This document shows positions 52,881-64,000 of a DNA stretch of 64,000 bases, piece after piece. Where the stretch lies: positions 13,473,459 through 13,537,458 of the forward strand of contig NC_068988.1 of the NCBI RefSeq assembly GCF_001194135.2, in the 5' to 3' direction. How positions within the stretch are numbered: position 1 is the stretch's first letter; each line of letters starts with the position of its first letter. The notes under the pieces were generated by a model. The model had not been told where the DNA came from. It made no database searches and saw only the letters and a program-made list of their open reading frames with translations. The DNA comes from Octopus bimaculoides (lineage: Eukaryota). The position numbers were made by a program, and so were the translations under genes.

Positions 52881-53991
52881 AAATGACAACTACAATGGTT
52901 TCATTGTATTTAGTATAGTACAATCATATGCGGTATATTGTATCAATCTCAGAGGTATGATAGTCACAGACATCTCTGGCAGCATTTGGAATTTAAAAAA
53001 AGGATGGTACAAAACTAAATACTATCAAAAATCAAGTTGCTCAGTGTTTGCCATCAGAAATTTAATAAATATAATTTTATTCCAAATAAAATATATGAAA
53101 CAATATTGAATGTTAGTGAAAATAAAAGGTGATGGTGAAGAAATTATAGAGTAAACAATTGAAGTTGAAATTAGTAAAAGGGAAAAAGAATGATTGAGGA
53201 AAATTATGCCTGCTGCATGCAAACTTAATGGTAAAGTGGGCACTAGTTTGAGGGATCATATTGTCTGAAATACAACAAAATAATTTTTGACAGATCTATA
53301 TTAGGCGATTAAATTTGTAATGGATTAAACAAATCTTACTAATCACTGGAACAAGCAATGCTATTTCATTCATTTGATGAAACAAAGATCACAATAATCT
53401 GTATGAGCTTTAAACACAAACAGATAGAAGTTAAACAATCAATATACACTTCGTAGGAATATAGAAAGCTTTATAACCTGTGAAATGTTGTAAGGTCAGA
53501 AGGAAAATCCTTAAGCTAGATTATAGTTTTGTACAGGAAAATTTGAAGCTGAGCTCCAGTAGATTACTTCGTTCATTGTAATTATGTACTTTTAATAAAT
53601 TGGATGTGGTTTGAAATGTATTTTATTGAAATTAATTTTATTTAATGGAACCAAATAATATATCACTTTATGTATTGATCTCTTATGCAGACACACAACA
53701 AGCTTTGAGTTTATAGAAAAAGGAAAAAGAGATTGTATGACACTGCAATGTCAAAGGCTACAATCTAATCAGAATGACCTGAACTGGGCACTGAAACCAA
53801 ACTTTACCCTCAGCTTGTAGGTAACTTCCCTTCATTCCTTGGTACACATCACCTGTTTCAAGTGTGGCTTCCTTAAAAAAAAGCATCTGTTACTAAAGGA
53901 GAAAATCAATTCAAAATAATCCTAGAACACAAATTATAAATCCTTTATACTTTTAATGTGTGTGTGTGTGTGTGTGCGTGTGTGTATGTAT

Positions 53992-54229
53992 NNNNNNNNN
54001 NNNNNNNNNNNNNNNNNNNNNNNNNNNNNNNNNNNNNNNNNNNNNNNNNNNNNNNNNNNNNNNNNNNNNNNNNNNNNNNNNNNNNNNNNNNNNNNNNNNN
54101 NNNNNNNNNNNNNNNNNNNNNNNNNNNNNNNNNNNNNNNNNNNNNNNNNNNNNNNNNNNNNNNNNNNNNNNNNNNNNNNNNNNNNNNNNNNNNNNNNNNN
54201 NNNNNNNNNNNNNNNNNNNNNNNNNNNNN
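53992..54229. other. Assembly gap (238 N) between (TG)n and (TA)n tracts
   Basis: Run of N flanked by microsatellites. Confidence 1.
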
Positions 54230-57065
54230 ATATATATATATATAGCGAGAAAGAGACTTGTACTTAAAATTTTTGTTTTTGAACCCTTAAAAACAAACAG
54301 ACACCAATGCAGTAGTTATTTCATGATTGCCTATTATCAGGGTTAATATGGCTTTGCTATATCTTTTATGCAACAAAATACTATAAGTTTAGTTATTTGC
54401 ATAGCAGGCATGAATAATTTATCACAAGTTGGAAACCAGTTTTACCAGATTCTAATAAGAATAACCACCAGTGAAAATGATGTTGCAATTGTTATAGAGA
54501 ATTTCAATAAACATGCAGAGAAGCATTAGACAGATACACTATTGCGTAGAGAGGTTCTGAAATCATAATAAGATATAATGAATGTACAAAGCTTATGTAG
54601 TTCTGAGGTGAAAGTCACTAAGTTGTCTTTTACATGAATTGCAAAAATATATTCAAACTGGTTATCTTATACAAGATTTTCAAGAATTTTGTTTGGATGT
54701 TGAAATAAGATACAAACACACCAATGAGTTGATAATACTGTGAAAAAAAGTGATATTCTTAATAATTGATATAGTTGCACCATACATAATTAAGGAGCTT
54801 CAGAAAAACAAAAAAAAAAGAAACAAAACAAAAAAAGAAATAGAATAAAAAAAAATCTACTAACAAATTCAAAGATGAAAAATTGCAGTAGATAAGGGAA
54901 ATGACTGTCTAAAACTAATGAATCGAGTACCACCAAGATGGCAGCAAGAATGGTACAGAAAACGATTGGGTTTGAAGAAGATAAATATTGCATTTGGTAT
55001 AGAACCGCAAATACTACAACTTCAGGTGAAATACTTAAAGAATAAGCATCTTTATCTCACTATATTTGAGTAATGAATTCCATTGAGCAATGAGAAAATT
55101 AAGTTTGAATAAACAGCTTAAGAGAATTGTATAAGTTTGTGTACAAAGGTGTTGAAAGTACAATCTGGATTATTACAAAGTGTAGCGAGATCTATAAAGG
55201 CACTATTATTAGGATAGGCACTATTAGTCCTATCCTCTTTGCCCATTGCAATGAGAACCTGATACTGCATGCATCCATCTTGAATTCCTCATTGGAGTCT
55301 CTAATGGCTTGGCCATGGCCAAAGTTGATAGCAGTATCTTAAAATATGAGCAATAAAAGGAATGGAGCTAAGAGTTATTGGTGAAGAATGAATGAAGACC
55401 ACTGAAATTAAGTAAACAAATCAACTAGGTATCATTGATTGGAGCATTGATATGGATACACATACATATACACTCTTACATATATTGCAAATATATACAC
55501 AAACATATACATATTCACATATATACATACACATCCACTTATATACACATAAACGCACATACACTGTGAATAAATGGCCTATACTCAATGGAATTGTATT
55601 TTGATTTAGTGGTAGAGGTTACATGAGATCTGATCTCATTATCAAAGCTCACATAGATCAGATCATATAAGGTTCGGATTTACTATAATAAGATGAAAAA
55701 ATTTGAGATGGATGGAACAATGCTGTATAGTAAATCCATTATGTCATGACAGCATTAAAAAAAAACATTGAATATGATGATGAGCCTTATTTCGACAAGC
55801 TTTAAAATGCTGAGCTAAAACGGAGGTGTCCATCAATATTGAAAATTGAAAACTATGCATTGATTGACAAAATGAAAATTACACAATTGATTATTTATAA
55901 TCTTGTCTTCAAAAACCAAACTATCTAGTAATAAATATAACTGAATTGAAAATTTGAAGAATTTCACAATGAAGTAATAAAGATGAATTATGATCAATTT
56001 CTATGAATAAGACCTAGGAAGTATAAAATAGAAATATTGCCTTAATGACAGCTGTAAATCCATAGCATATGTCATTTCATAAGCAACAAAGATCATCACC
56101 TGCAATAATTTAATATCTTGGAATTTAAAATAATAGAGAGTGTGTCATTCGTAATATGTTATGAGAAGCATTTATAATGATTAGAGAAAAGCTTTGTGTC
56201 TCTGTTGGTGACAAAGTATAACAAAAATATTATGGCAGAGAAAGTGGAGAATATACAACATCTGGAAGGAAATAAAGACAGACATTATTTCCAAGAGAAT
56301 GTGTTTGGATGAGCAAAGAAAATGACTGAAAAACAAAAAAAACAAAAAAAAACAAAACAAAACAAAGAAAAACATGAAACAAAACAAAAAAAACCCTCAT
56401 CAAATTCTATCATCATGAAGACTGACTGAAGAGGCATGAAAATATAGTGAAAATGAAAACCAAGTAAAAATGTGTCACGAACTGATGATAATAGTAGTAG
56501 TAGTAGTAGCTAAAGTAGACAGGAAAATATGTAGTTTGTAATAGGTAGGTTTGATTTCAAGTCTAAGAATACTTAGAAAACAAAAATACTTTTCTTCAAC
56601 TATAGCCTTTGTGTGTTTTGTAATTGCATATGTTTTGTTCTGTTTGTGTGATTGTGTTAGTAGAATGCTGTAAGATGCTGTTCTTGACACTTCAAGAGAA
56701 ACTAAATAATAGCCACTAAGCATCAAATATATAAATCTAAGAGCAGAATTCAATATATTGTATATGAATAATGAATATAATCTGTTCCATATGGCAGCTC
56801 TTTTGGGAGGAACACCTCTGAATTGCTTGCAAAGGTAGAAATTAGAATGACTGCATAAGAAGATCATTTTTGCTTCAGTTTTGTCTAATATCATGAATAA
56901 ATATCTGTTTATTAATTACCTTCAAACTGAAAGTTTAAATAATCAGAATATTCACTTTAAAACCTATGCTTCAAAATCTTCTTTCTTGACCCTGCCTTCC
57001 CACACAGATTATAGTCTTCAGCACACACATTTGAATGCTTCCTTGTTTCAATATTAACAATTATT

Positions 57066-57280
57066 AAGGTGGTAAGTTGGCAAAATCGTTAGCAGACCAG
57101 GTGAAATACTTAGCAGCATTTCATCTATCCTTATGTTCCTAGTTCAAATTCTGCCAAAATTATCTTTGCCTTTTATCCTTTTGGGGTCAATAAAATAAGT
57201 ACCATTTGAGCACTGGAGTTAACGTAATTGACTTACCCTCTCCCCCGAAATTGATGGCCTTGTGCCAAAATTTTAAACTA
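57066..57280 (+). mobile_element. Family B SINE
   Basis: aaggtggtaagttggcaaaatcgttagc...ttggggtcaataaaataagtacc...ggccttgtgccaaaattttaaac. Confidence 0.88.
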
Positions 57281-57499
57281 TTATTATTAGATTTAATAGA
57301 GTGTTTGTTACTCATCACATAGCAGGTGACTTTGGAAGTATACATTTGGAAGCATGATATTTTAGGATTATGAAAGGCAAATAATTGACCAAATAAGGTA
57401 TGAATTAAATGTTGACACACGTAAATGATAGTTATTGTTAGCAAACCAATTTTAGTTGATTTTGCAATCTTAATGCATTTGGAGTTTTATAGAACAATT

Positions 57500-57650
57500 G
57501 TTTCAAATTTTGGGCACAAGGTCAGCAACTTCAGGGGAGAAATAAGTTGATTACATTGACCCCAGTGCTCATCTGGTACTTATCTTATCAACCCCTGAAA
57601 GGATGAAAGGCAAAGCCCAATTCAGTGGAATTTGAACTCAAAATGTAAAT
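57500..57650 (-). mobile_element. Family B SINE (5'-truncated)
   Basis: gtttcaaattttgggcacaaggtcagc...gaccccagtgctcatctggtactt...ggaatttgaactc. Confidence 0.85.
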
Positions 57651-57744
57651 ACAAGTATTACATAGCTGGATGGTTGTCCATCTTCTCTTAATTATAGATA
57701 TTTCATTTCAGGCTTTAAATTTTATTCATGTTCTCTCCGAAAAT

Positions 57745-57920
57745 GCATGTCATGCCAAGACAAGGACAGAAACGGACACACACACACACACGCTTTTTTT
57801 AGTTTCTGCCTACTAAGCACACTCACAAGGCTTTGGTCAGCTGAGGGTCATAGTAGAAGACATTTGCCCAAGGCACCAGGCAGTAGGACTAAAGCTGAAA
57901 TTATATGGTTGGGTAGTGTA
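57745..57920 (-). mobile_element. Family A SINE (5' part)
   Basis: cactcacaaggctttggtcagctgagg...catttgcccaaggcacc. Confidence 0.8.
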
Positions 57921-59989
57921 CATTTAAATGAAATCTGACTGAAAGAACAACGATAATCTTTTTAAGAATTTAATTCTATTTTATGGACATATGTGAGCTG
58001 TTCAGTTATAGTGTTAACATATTTAATGTAGAAAAACTAAAAATAATTATGTGGTGTGGAAAAAAAAACAGTCAAGGACTAATATTTTAATTATTTCTGT
58101 ATGTATGAGATAACTCCAAACATATTTTGTTCTCATTATGATGACCTATCAGCAAAACCTAGCCTTTGCCACACTTGCCAAAATAAAGGTGAAAGAATTA
58201 CTAGGTAAATTTACAAGAATGTATATCTATTGATGTAGGAAAATAGAATTGTTTAGAGACTAAATGAATCAGAGATGTCATCAAAATGAAAAACAAGTAT
58301 AAAGAAATAATGGGGAAAATGATGTTCGAAACATCACTTCACAGTAGATCAAGTATGTTGATTATTTGATGAGTGACTGGAAAATACATTTGTGAATCAG
58401 TATTATAGAAACCAAACAATTCTGCTATGTAAATTGAGTTTCTATATTATTCTGTACAACCACGAACAGTATGCACTACATTCTTAATCAATGTGCTAAA
58501 TTTGTACACAAGTTTATCTACTGCAACATTGTTAAAATGCACAATTTAAATATAAAAATCAATTTACATCTTTTTCCTATTATAGTAATTTGTAAGAAAA
58601 TGTTAAGTGCACAAAATATTTCTATGAAATGAAATTTCATATAATGTATAAAAATATAATTAAAACAAAATACAATGTAACCAAAAACTAAGACTATTTT
58701 TTGCACTACCAATGAAAAATAGACAATGAAATATCATAAAAACTTTACAACAAAGAAAATGTTAGGGTACCATGTTACTAATTCTAAGTTCTATTGAAAT
58801 GATAAAATATGAAAATGTTTAATGTAAATACACAAAAACCAATGTTTAGTATTTTATGTATAGAACAAACTTAGTCTGTCTTAGCTGAGAAACTTCAGCT
58901 TGGCAGCTGGCTTTAAGAAGAATTTAATTTTATTTAATAATTGTTGATGATAAGAAGGGCATCCAGCTATGAAAAAAAAAAATATAATTGCCAAAAATAA
59001 CAGGACACACAGAAGTTCAGTGAAGATTGATGTTTGAGAAGGATACTACATTGATTAAGAGTATGTAAAAGATCTGCAGGCATTAGTGAATCCTCATTAA
59101 ATTGTATCTCATTAAGCTAGTTATAAGACAAACCAGACGAAATCTGAGTTGAGTGAGTGACTGTTAGTGTTGACTTCTACTGATACGCTTAAGTTTTGTA
59201 GGAGAGAAAATTCAAGGTGTGATTAATGAGCACAGGAAATTCATCATAAATTCAAAGAGAGTAAATTCATCATAAATATTAAGCTCATTTAATAATATAA
59301 TCATGAGAAACCAGTTTTTCCATCGTCTGATATGAAATTTTGTGGTAATCGTTTAGAGAAAGCACTGCATACCTTACAACTAGCTGTATCATGATGTGTA
59401 CTGGGCAAATGGCAAGATGAGAGAGATTGATAGAAATAAGGACTGAAGGTGAGTGATATTTCACCAGTACACATCTGCTTGTTTCTAATTTGCTTCCACA
59501 CCACTATTTAATAAATATGTCTTTTTTTCTAGCATTCTGCCCTTCTCCCTCAATAGCTTCTTAACTTGCATACTGTTGAAATCTATTAACCTCTCCCTTC
59601 CCAGCTTTTTTCTTCCTATATTAGGTTGTTTCTTACTTAAGACCTACTCTTCACCATTTGCTTTCACATCCCTCTCTAACAAATACATCTTCATGGTGAG
59701 GTGTATGTATAAAATTACTGAAATCTTATTAATGGAAACTGATTTTCTTTATAGTAATTCTATTCTTGTGGTATCATAATATAATGAGGCTGTATTCTTT
59801 TCTTTCAAAGATAAAACACATCCAGAAACAAAAAATAAGTTGAGTCAAAGTTACCTAAAGTTTGCACGATTACTTTTGAGTAATATTTATGCTACACTGT
59901 GAGGTTCAGCACATTGCATACTGTGATAACTACCATACACTTTTGCTGTAAGTATATTTTGGTTTTGAAAGTACAAGAAAGCAGCGATC

Positions 59990-60275
59990 TAAAGAAGAAG
60001 CATGTATGAGGCAAGCAGAGTAGATGTCAGAGAAGACAATGTCAGAATATATTTGAAAGACAGATGCTAACCCAGGATACCAAGTGTTAACAGAAGAAAT
60101 AGTAGATAAAATTCTTATTGATGACAGCAGAGATAGTGAGGCGGAGGTAGACAAACTACTGAAACCTAAACCCAAATTATACAGGTTCCTTCATAACATT
60201 ATTTTGTATATTGACCTGTCAACAGAAACTGATCTTAGAGCCTTAAAGGAACTCATTATCTGGAAGAAGCATTGA
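59990..60275 (+). mobile_element. pogo/Tigger-like transposase C-terminal remnant
   Basis: ...DANPGYQVLTEEIVDKILIDDSRDSEAEV...LRALKELIIWKKH resembles the PGY-xx-LT-DEEI acidic tail of Tigger/jerky-type transposases. Frameshifted. Confidence 0.55.
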
Positions 60276-61621
60276 GCTAATTTGTACTGATCCTGTAGCT
60301 GTTAAACTTATTGATGGTATTGTTGACTCACCTGCTTTTGGTTCAGTCCATCGTCCGTCACCCCAGACTTCTATGAGAGGGAGACAATAACTCATAATGA
60401 CAAGTTATCACATCTGCCCTGCCTTAACTACATCAGACTCATTTGTCATCTACCACAAGTAAATAAAATTAACAATGAATAGTAGCAACTTTTTAACTTT
60501 TACATACTGGAATGTTAAATAAATTTATAAAATATATAATAAAAAAGTTATGTTCAATGTACAATGTGTGTATATTTTCAATATCATATCTGGAAACAAT
60601 GTCAACCTCTACCATTAGTTAGTTTGGACAGCATGCAAAAACAGACATTCTTGCTCTTATTAATAGAGCTTAACAAGGATTCATTGTACTTAAAATCTCT
60701 TATCTTTATGGCTTCATGAATATCAATGCCCTTTGGAAATCTCTATCTAGGAGATTTTTTTAATGATTCTGTCTTTAAGTTTGCATCATTACTGTATTGG
60801 GCAATTTAGTCATAGTTATAAGACACTCTAATTACTGGTATAAATGTCAGCAGTCTTTACAGATAAAATATAGAAGAGCTCTAAATTGGATCTTAACTTG
60901 GCCAGTGACAGATGAGGGTGACTGTAAAACCTGGATTTAAAAAGAGGAATCTAATAAAACAGAAAGATAGATGCTGATATAAATACAAGCAAATGTTGAT
61001 ATCAGAACAGTGAAATTTCTTCCATACAGTGATCAATGCATTCAAGGTGACTACTTACACACACACACACACACACACACATTCATACAACTTCTAATAT
61101 GGCCTAGAAGAGTCTATAGGATTAGCTATTTGTATAAAACTGTTTGGGCAAGTGTCTTACAACTTGAACTATTCCTAATATCCATTCCAAACAGCTAAAT
61201 TAAGACTGGGGCCTACTTTTGGTTGCATTGGCTCAAGAAAGATTATTGTGCTTGATCTGAAATCCCACTTCCAATAACATGATTAAAGGGATAAATTTTG
61301 GATTGCATATAAAGAACACAAACACTGAGGATATAAAATATTTATGTAATTCATAATTTTCACCTGCCATAATGACAGGAGCTGACTTCTAAGCATATCA
61401 TACATTTTGGAAATATGTGTGAATTTGATTAGATGCCTTTCCATATACTTCTTTGAGTCACTTGATAGTTAAACAGGCTGCATTTGCCAAGTGCTATAGC
61501 AAGCAATGGGTAATAAATATATGTACCTCTACACCGATTATCATCATAGTTTTCACATTCATCTTTCATTCTAGCAAAAACTGAATAAATTTGTAGTAGA
61601 GGTGTCTCTATGAATTTTTGT

Positions 61622-62127
61622 TAGGCATGGTTGAGTGGCTAAGAAGTTCACTTCCTTACTATATGGTTTTGAGTTCAGTCTCACTGTGTGGCATGTGGAT
61701 GAATGTCTTCTACTTATAGCCCCAAAGTGAAGGCACATGAGTTAGAGGTTAGGGTTCTCAGCTAACAATCATGAGATTGTGAGTTCAATTCCCAGTGGCA
61801 TGTTGTGTCCTTGAGCAAGACACTTTATTTCACATTGCTTTTGTTCACTCAGCTAGCAAAAATGAGTAGTATCTGTATTTCGAAGGGCCGACCTTGTCAC
61901 ATTCTATGTCATGCTGACTCTCTCTGAGAACTAGAGAACTATGTTAAGGATACGTGTATCTGTGGAGTGCTCAGCTACATGCATGTTAATTTCATGAGCA
62001 GGCTGTTCTTTTGATTGGATGAACTGGAACATTCATTGTTGTAACTGATAGAGTGCCAGTTTATAGCTCCAGGTTGACCAAAACCTTGTGAGTAGATTCG
62101 GAAAATGGAAACTGAAAGAAGCTCATC

Positions 62128-62168
<41 letters not shown>

Positions 62169-62520
62169 TGTGTGCATGCACACGTATGCATATGAGTTTA
62201 TATTTTCCATATCTTCATATGCTTTGCTGGTTATAAACAATGGCACACTGAAGGTATTGCTTGCATTCCACCATGAAAGCATGTCTGAGCTTCTTGGCAT
62301 GTTGCATGATCTTTGCAAACAAAAGGTTCATTCAAACCATGTCATTTGTTCCCAGGCCTCTGCATAAACATATCCAGGCTGTTTGTTGTTATTACCTTGC
62401 TTGGAAACAGGTGAGAGTTGGTATTAGGAAAGGTATTCAACTACAGAAAACTCTGACCCAATGTACTTATGTCTGACCCAGGCAAGCACAGAAAGGTAGC
62501 TATTAAGATGATGATAATGA
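61622..62520 (+). mobile_element. Family A SINE (RTE tail) interrupted by a family C SINE
   Basis: Head at 61622-61724 stops at gtcttctacttatagcccca and resumes at 62061 ttatagctccaggttgaccaaaaccttgtgag; tail ends attaagatgatgataatga. Confidence 0.8.
61725..62060 (+). mobile_element. tRNA-headed SINE, family C, nested in family A
   Basis: gaggttagggttctcagc...tgagttcaattccc (B-box-like)...ttgtgtccttgagcaagacactttatt; flanked by ttatagc[c/t]cca. Confidence 0.75.
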
Positions 62521-64000
62521 ATGACACTGATGATTTTATTTAGTCATTGCTATTTATCTGCCTCTTTCTCTCTTTTACACATACATCAGGGTTACTATAT
62601 ATTCTCAGAAAAAGAAATATGACAGAGTAGTAGATGCTAGAATCAACAAAATTCTTGTGTTAATTTTCCTGCAGGTTTGACATCATTTATATGATAAATT
62701 TTGCAGAAATTACTATCAACATTTAAAACAATGCTTCATGATGTACTAAATGTAAATTTAAATGTAGATCTTTAAAGTAAAATTTATTCTAATTTCAATT
62801 ATAGTAACCATTTGAAAACACAAATAATTAAAAATATTTTCTTTTCTGTCTAATCAAAAATGTAATTAAGTCAGAAATTTGTTCAGTAACTATAGAAATC
62901 CATATGAATTAATATTCACAATATATGAACTATTCAAAAGAACTGTCAGCAAAATATGAATATATGTCTAACTGTAAATTATAGCAATAAAAAATATTAT
63001 GGATAAATTATCTGGATAAAAATAATTTATTCATTAAGTTTATAGCAGATTCAATATTAATTATATGATATAAAATTGTTCATGATTCAATAAAAAAAAA
63101 AAGAAAAAAATTGTTGCCCTACGATTATTTAAACTGAATCTGCTGATACATTCAGGAAAAAAAAAATCATATATAACTAATAGATTGTGTCAGACTGAAT
63201 GAAGCACATATTGAATGTGCTTTAAAACAATAGTATTGTAATTGCAGAAGTTACAAGGTGTCACATATAGTAAATATTGATAAAGAGCTAAATAAAAATA
63301 ATCAATTATGAGCATTGAATATGATCAATATATGTAAGTATGTGTACAAAAATAGAGACAGGAAGAGAAATCTATAAAAGCATATGTAGATACCAAATTA
63401 TCTCAGTGTAAAAATAGCATCTTATAATAGAATTTGGTCAGTTAATATCTCTTCATAATGATTCCATACTGAGAGGAGATATGGCAAAAAGTGAATAGGT
63501 AAAAAAAAAAAAAAATTCCAAAAAAGAATGGATGGCTGTCGGAAAATGCTAATCAGTAGGAAAGTTGCAAATGTCAGTATATTTAACCTTTATGATCGTA
63601 TTAAGCTGAAATGCATAGCAACTAAATCAAGGGTGCCCTATGAATGAATGAATGATTGAAGTATTCAACTTGATTAAGGATTGGTTAATTAGTGACCTTG
63701 AATTATTTAGAAAGACACATCAATTAGAAATTTAGTAATGATAATTATTTTATAGAATATGACTATTTCAGAGGTAAGTGCAAAAAATTAAAATTATAAA
63801 TAAAATACAGTAAGAACAAAACAATATATATGCATAATATATTTTGCAGATAGCAAAATTCATATTTGTATGTACAATGTTTGTTGGACAAATAAATGAA
63901 GTTTGAGGTTTCAGAAAATGATTGCTAATCCTATTAACACTGGCTCATAATGCTATAGTTAATTGGGAAGGTAGGTAGTGTAAAAATTATGTACATGCAG

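Noticed and set aside
53956-54346. ORFs spanning the N gap
   Set aside because: Artefacts of translating N and dinucleotide repeats.
56475-56894. Longest non-repeat minus-strand ORF (139 aa)
   Set aside because: No recognisable motif; composition reflects AT-rich DNA and ends in a (TAG)n-derived poly-Thr run.
25005-64000. A nested SHLD3-like gene, since mammalian SHLD3 lies within the TRAPPC13 locus
   Set aside because: No minus-strand ORF of suitable length or recognisable similarity is present. Only a sensitive profile search could exclude a diverged, spliced version.

Overview
AT-rich, CpG-poor, microsatellite-rich animal genomic DNA. The dominant SINE/LINE families match those I recall from Octopus, so this is probably an octopus assembly. 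It has two N gaps (4406-4415, 53992-54229). The only host gene I can support is TRAPPC13 on the minus strand, with two internal coding exons (24836-25004 and 10409-10493) that splice in frame across a 14.3 kb intron. I could not place its first coding exon with confidence, and the next downstream exon appears to lie left of base 1. The rest is intronic or intergenic DNA full of transposon relics: three tRNA-headed SINE types, RTE/RTEX and CR1/L2-like LINE fragments, mariner and pogo/Tigger-like transposase remnants, and TTAA-flanked piggyBac-like MITEs. Almost all ORFs in the track are spurious or transposon-derived. The most striking unexplained structure is a young-looking ~540 bp foldback element at 4013-4554. 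It has an 8-bp target duplication, GG...CC termini (Merlin-like), concentric inverted repeats and a central palindrome of telomeric repeats. Other leads are a pre-miRNA-like hairpin on the TRAPPC13 sense strand, close inverted SINE pairs (possible ADAR substrates) and two candidate phase-1 micro-exons. I see no firm evidence of a new multi-gene system. Repeat boundaries are approximate (about +/-10-20 bp) unless defined by a TSD or TIR, and all family assignments are by eye without database searches.
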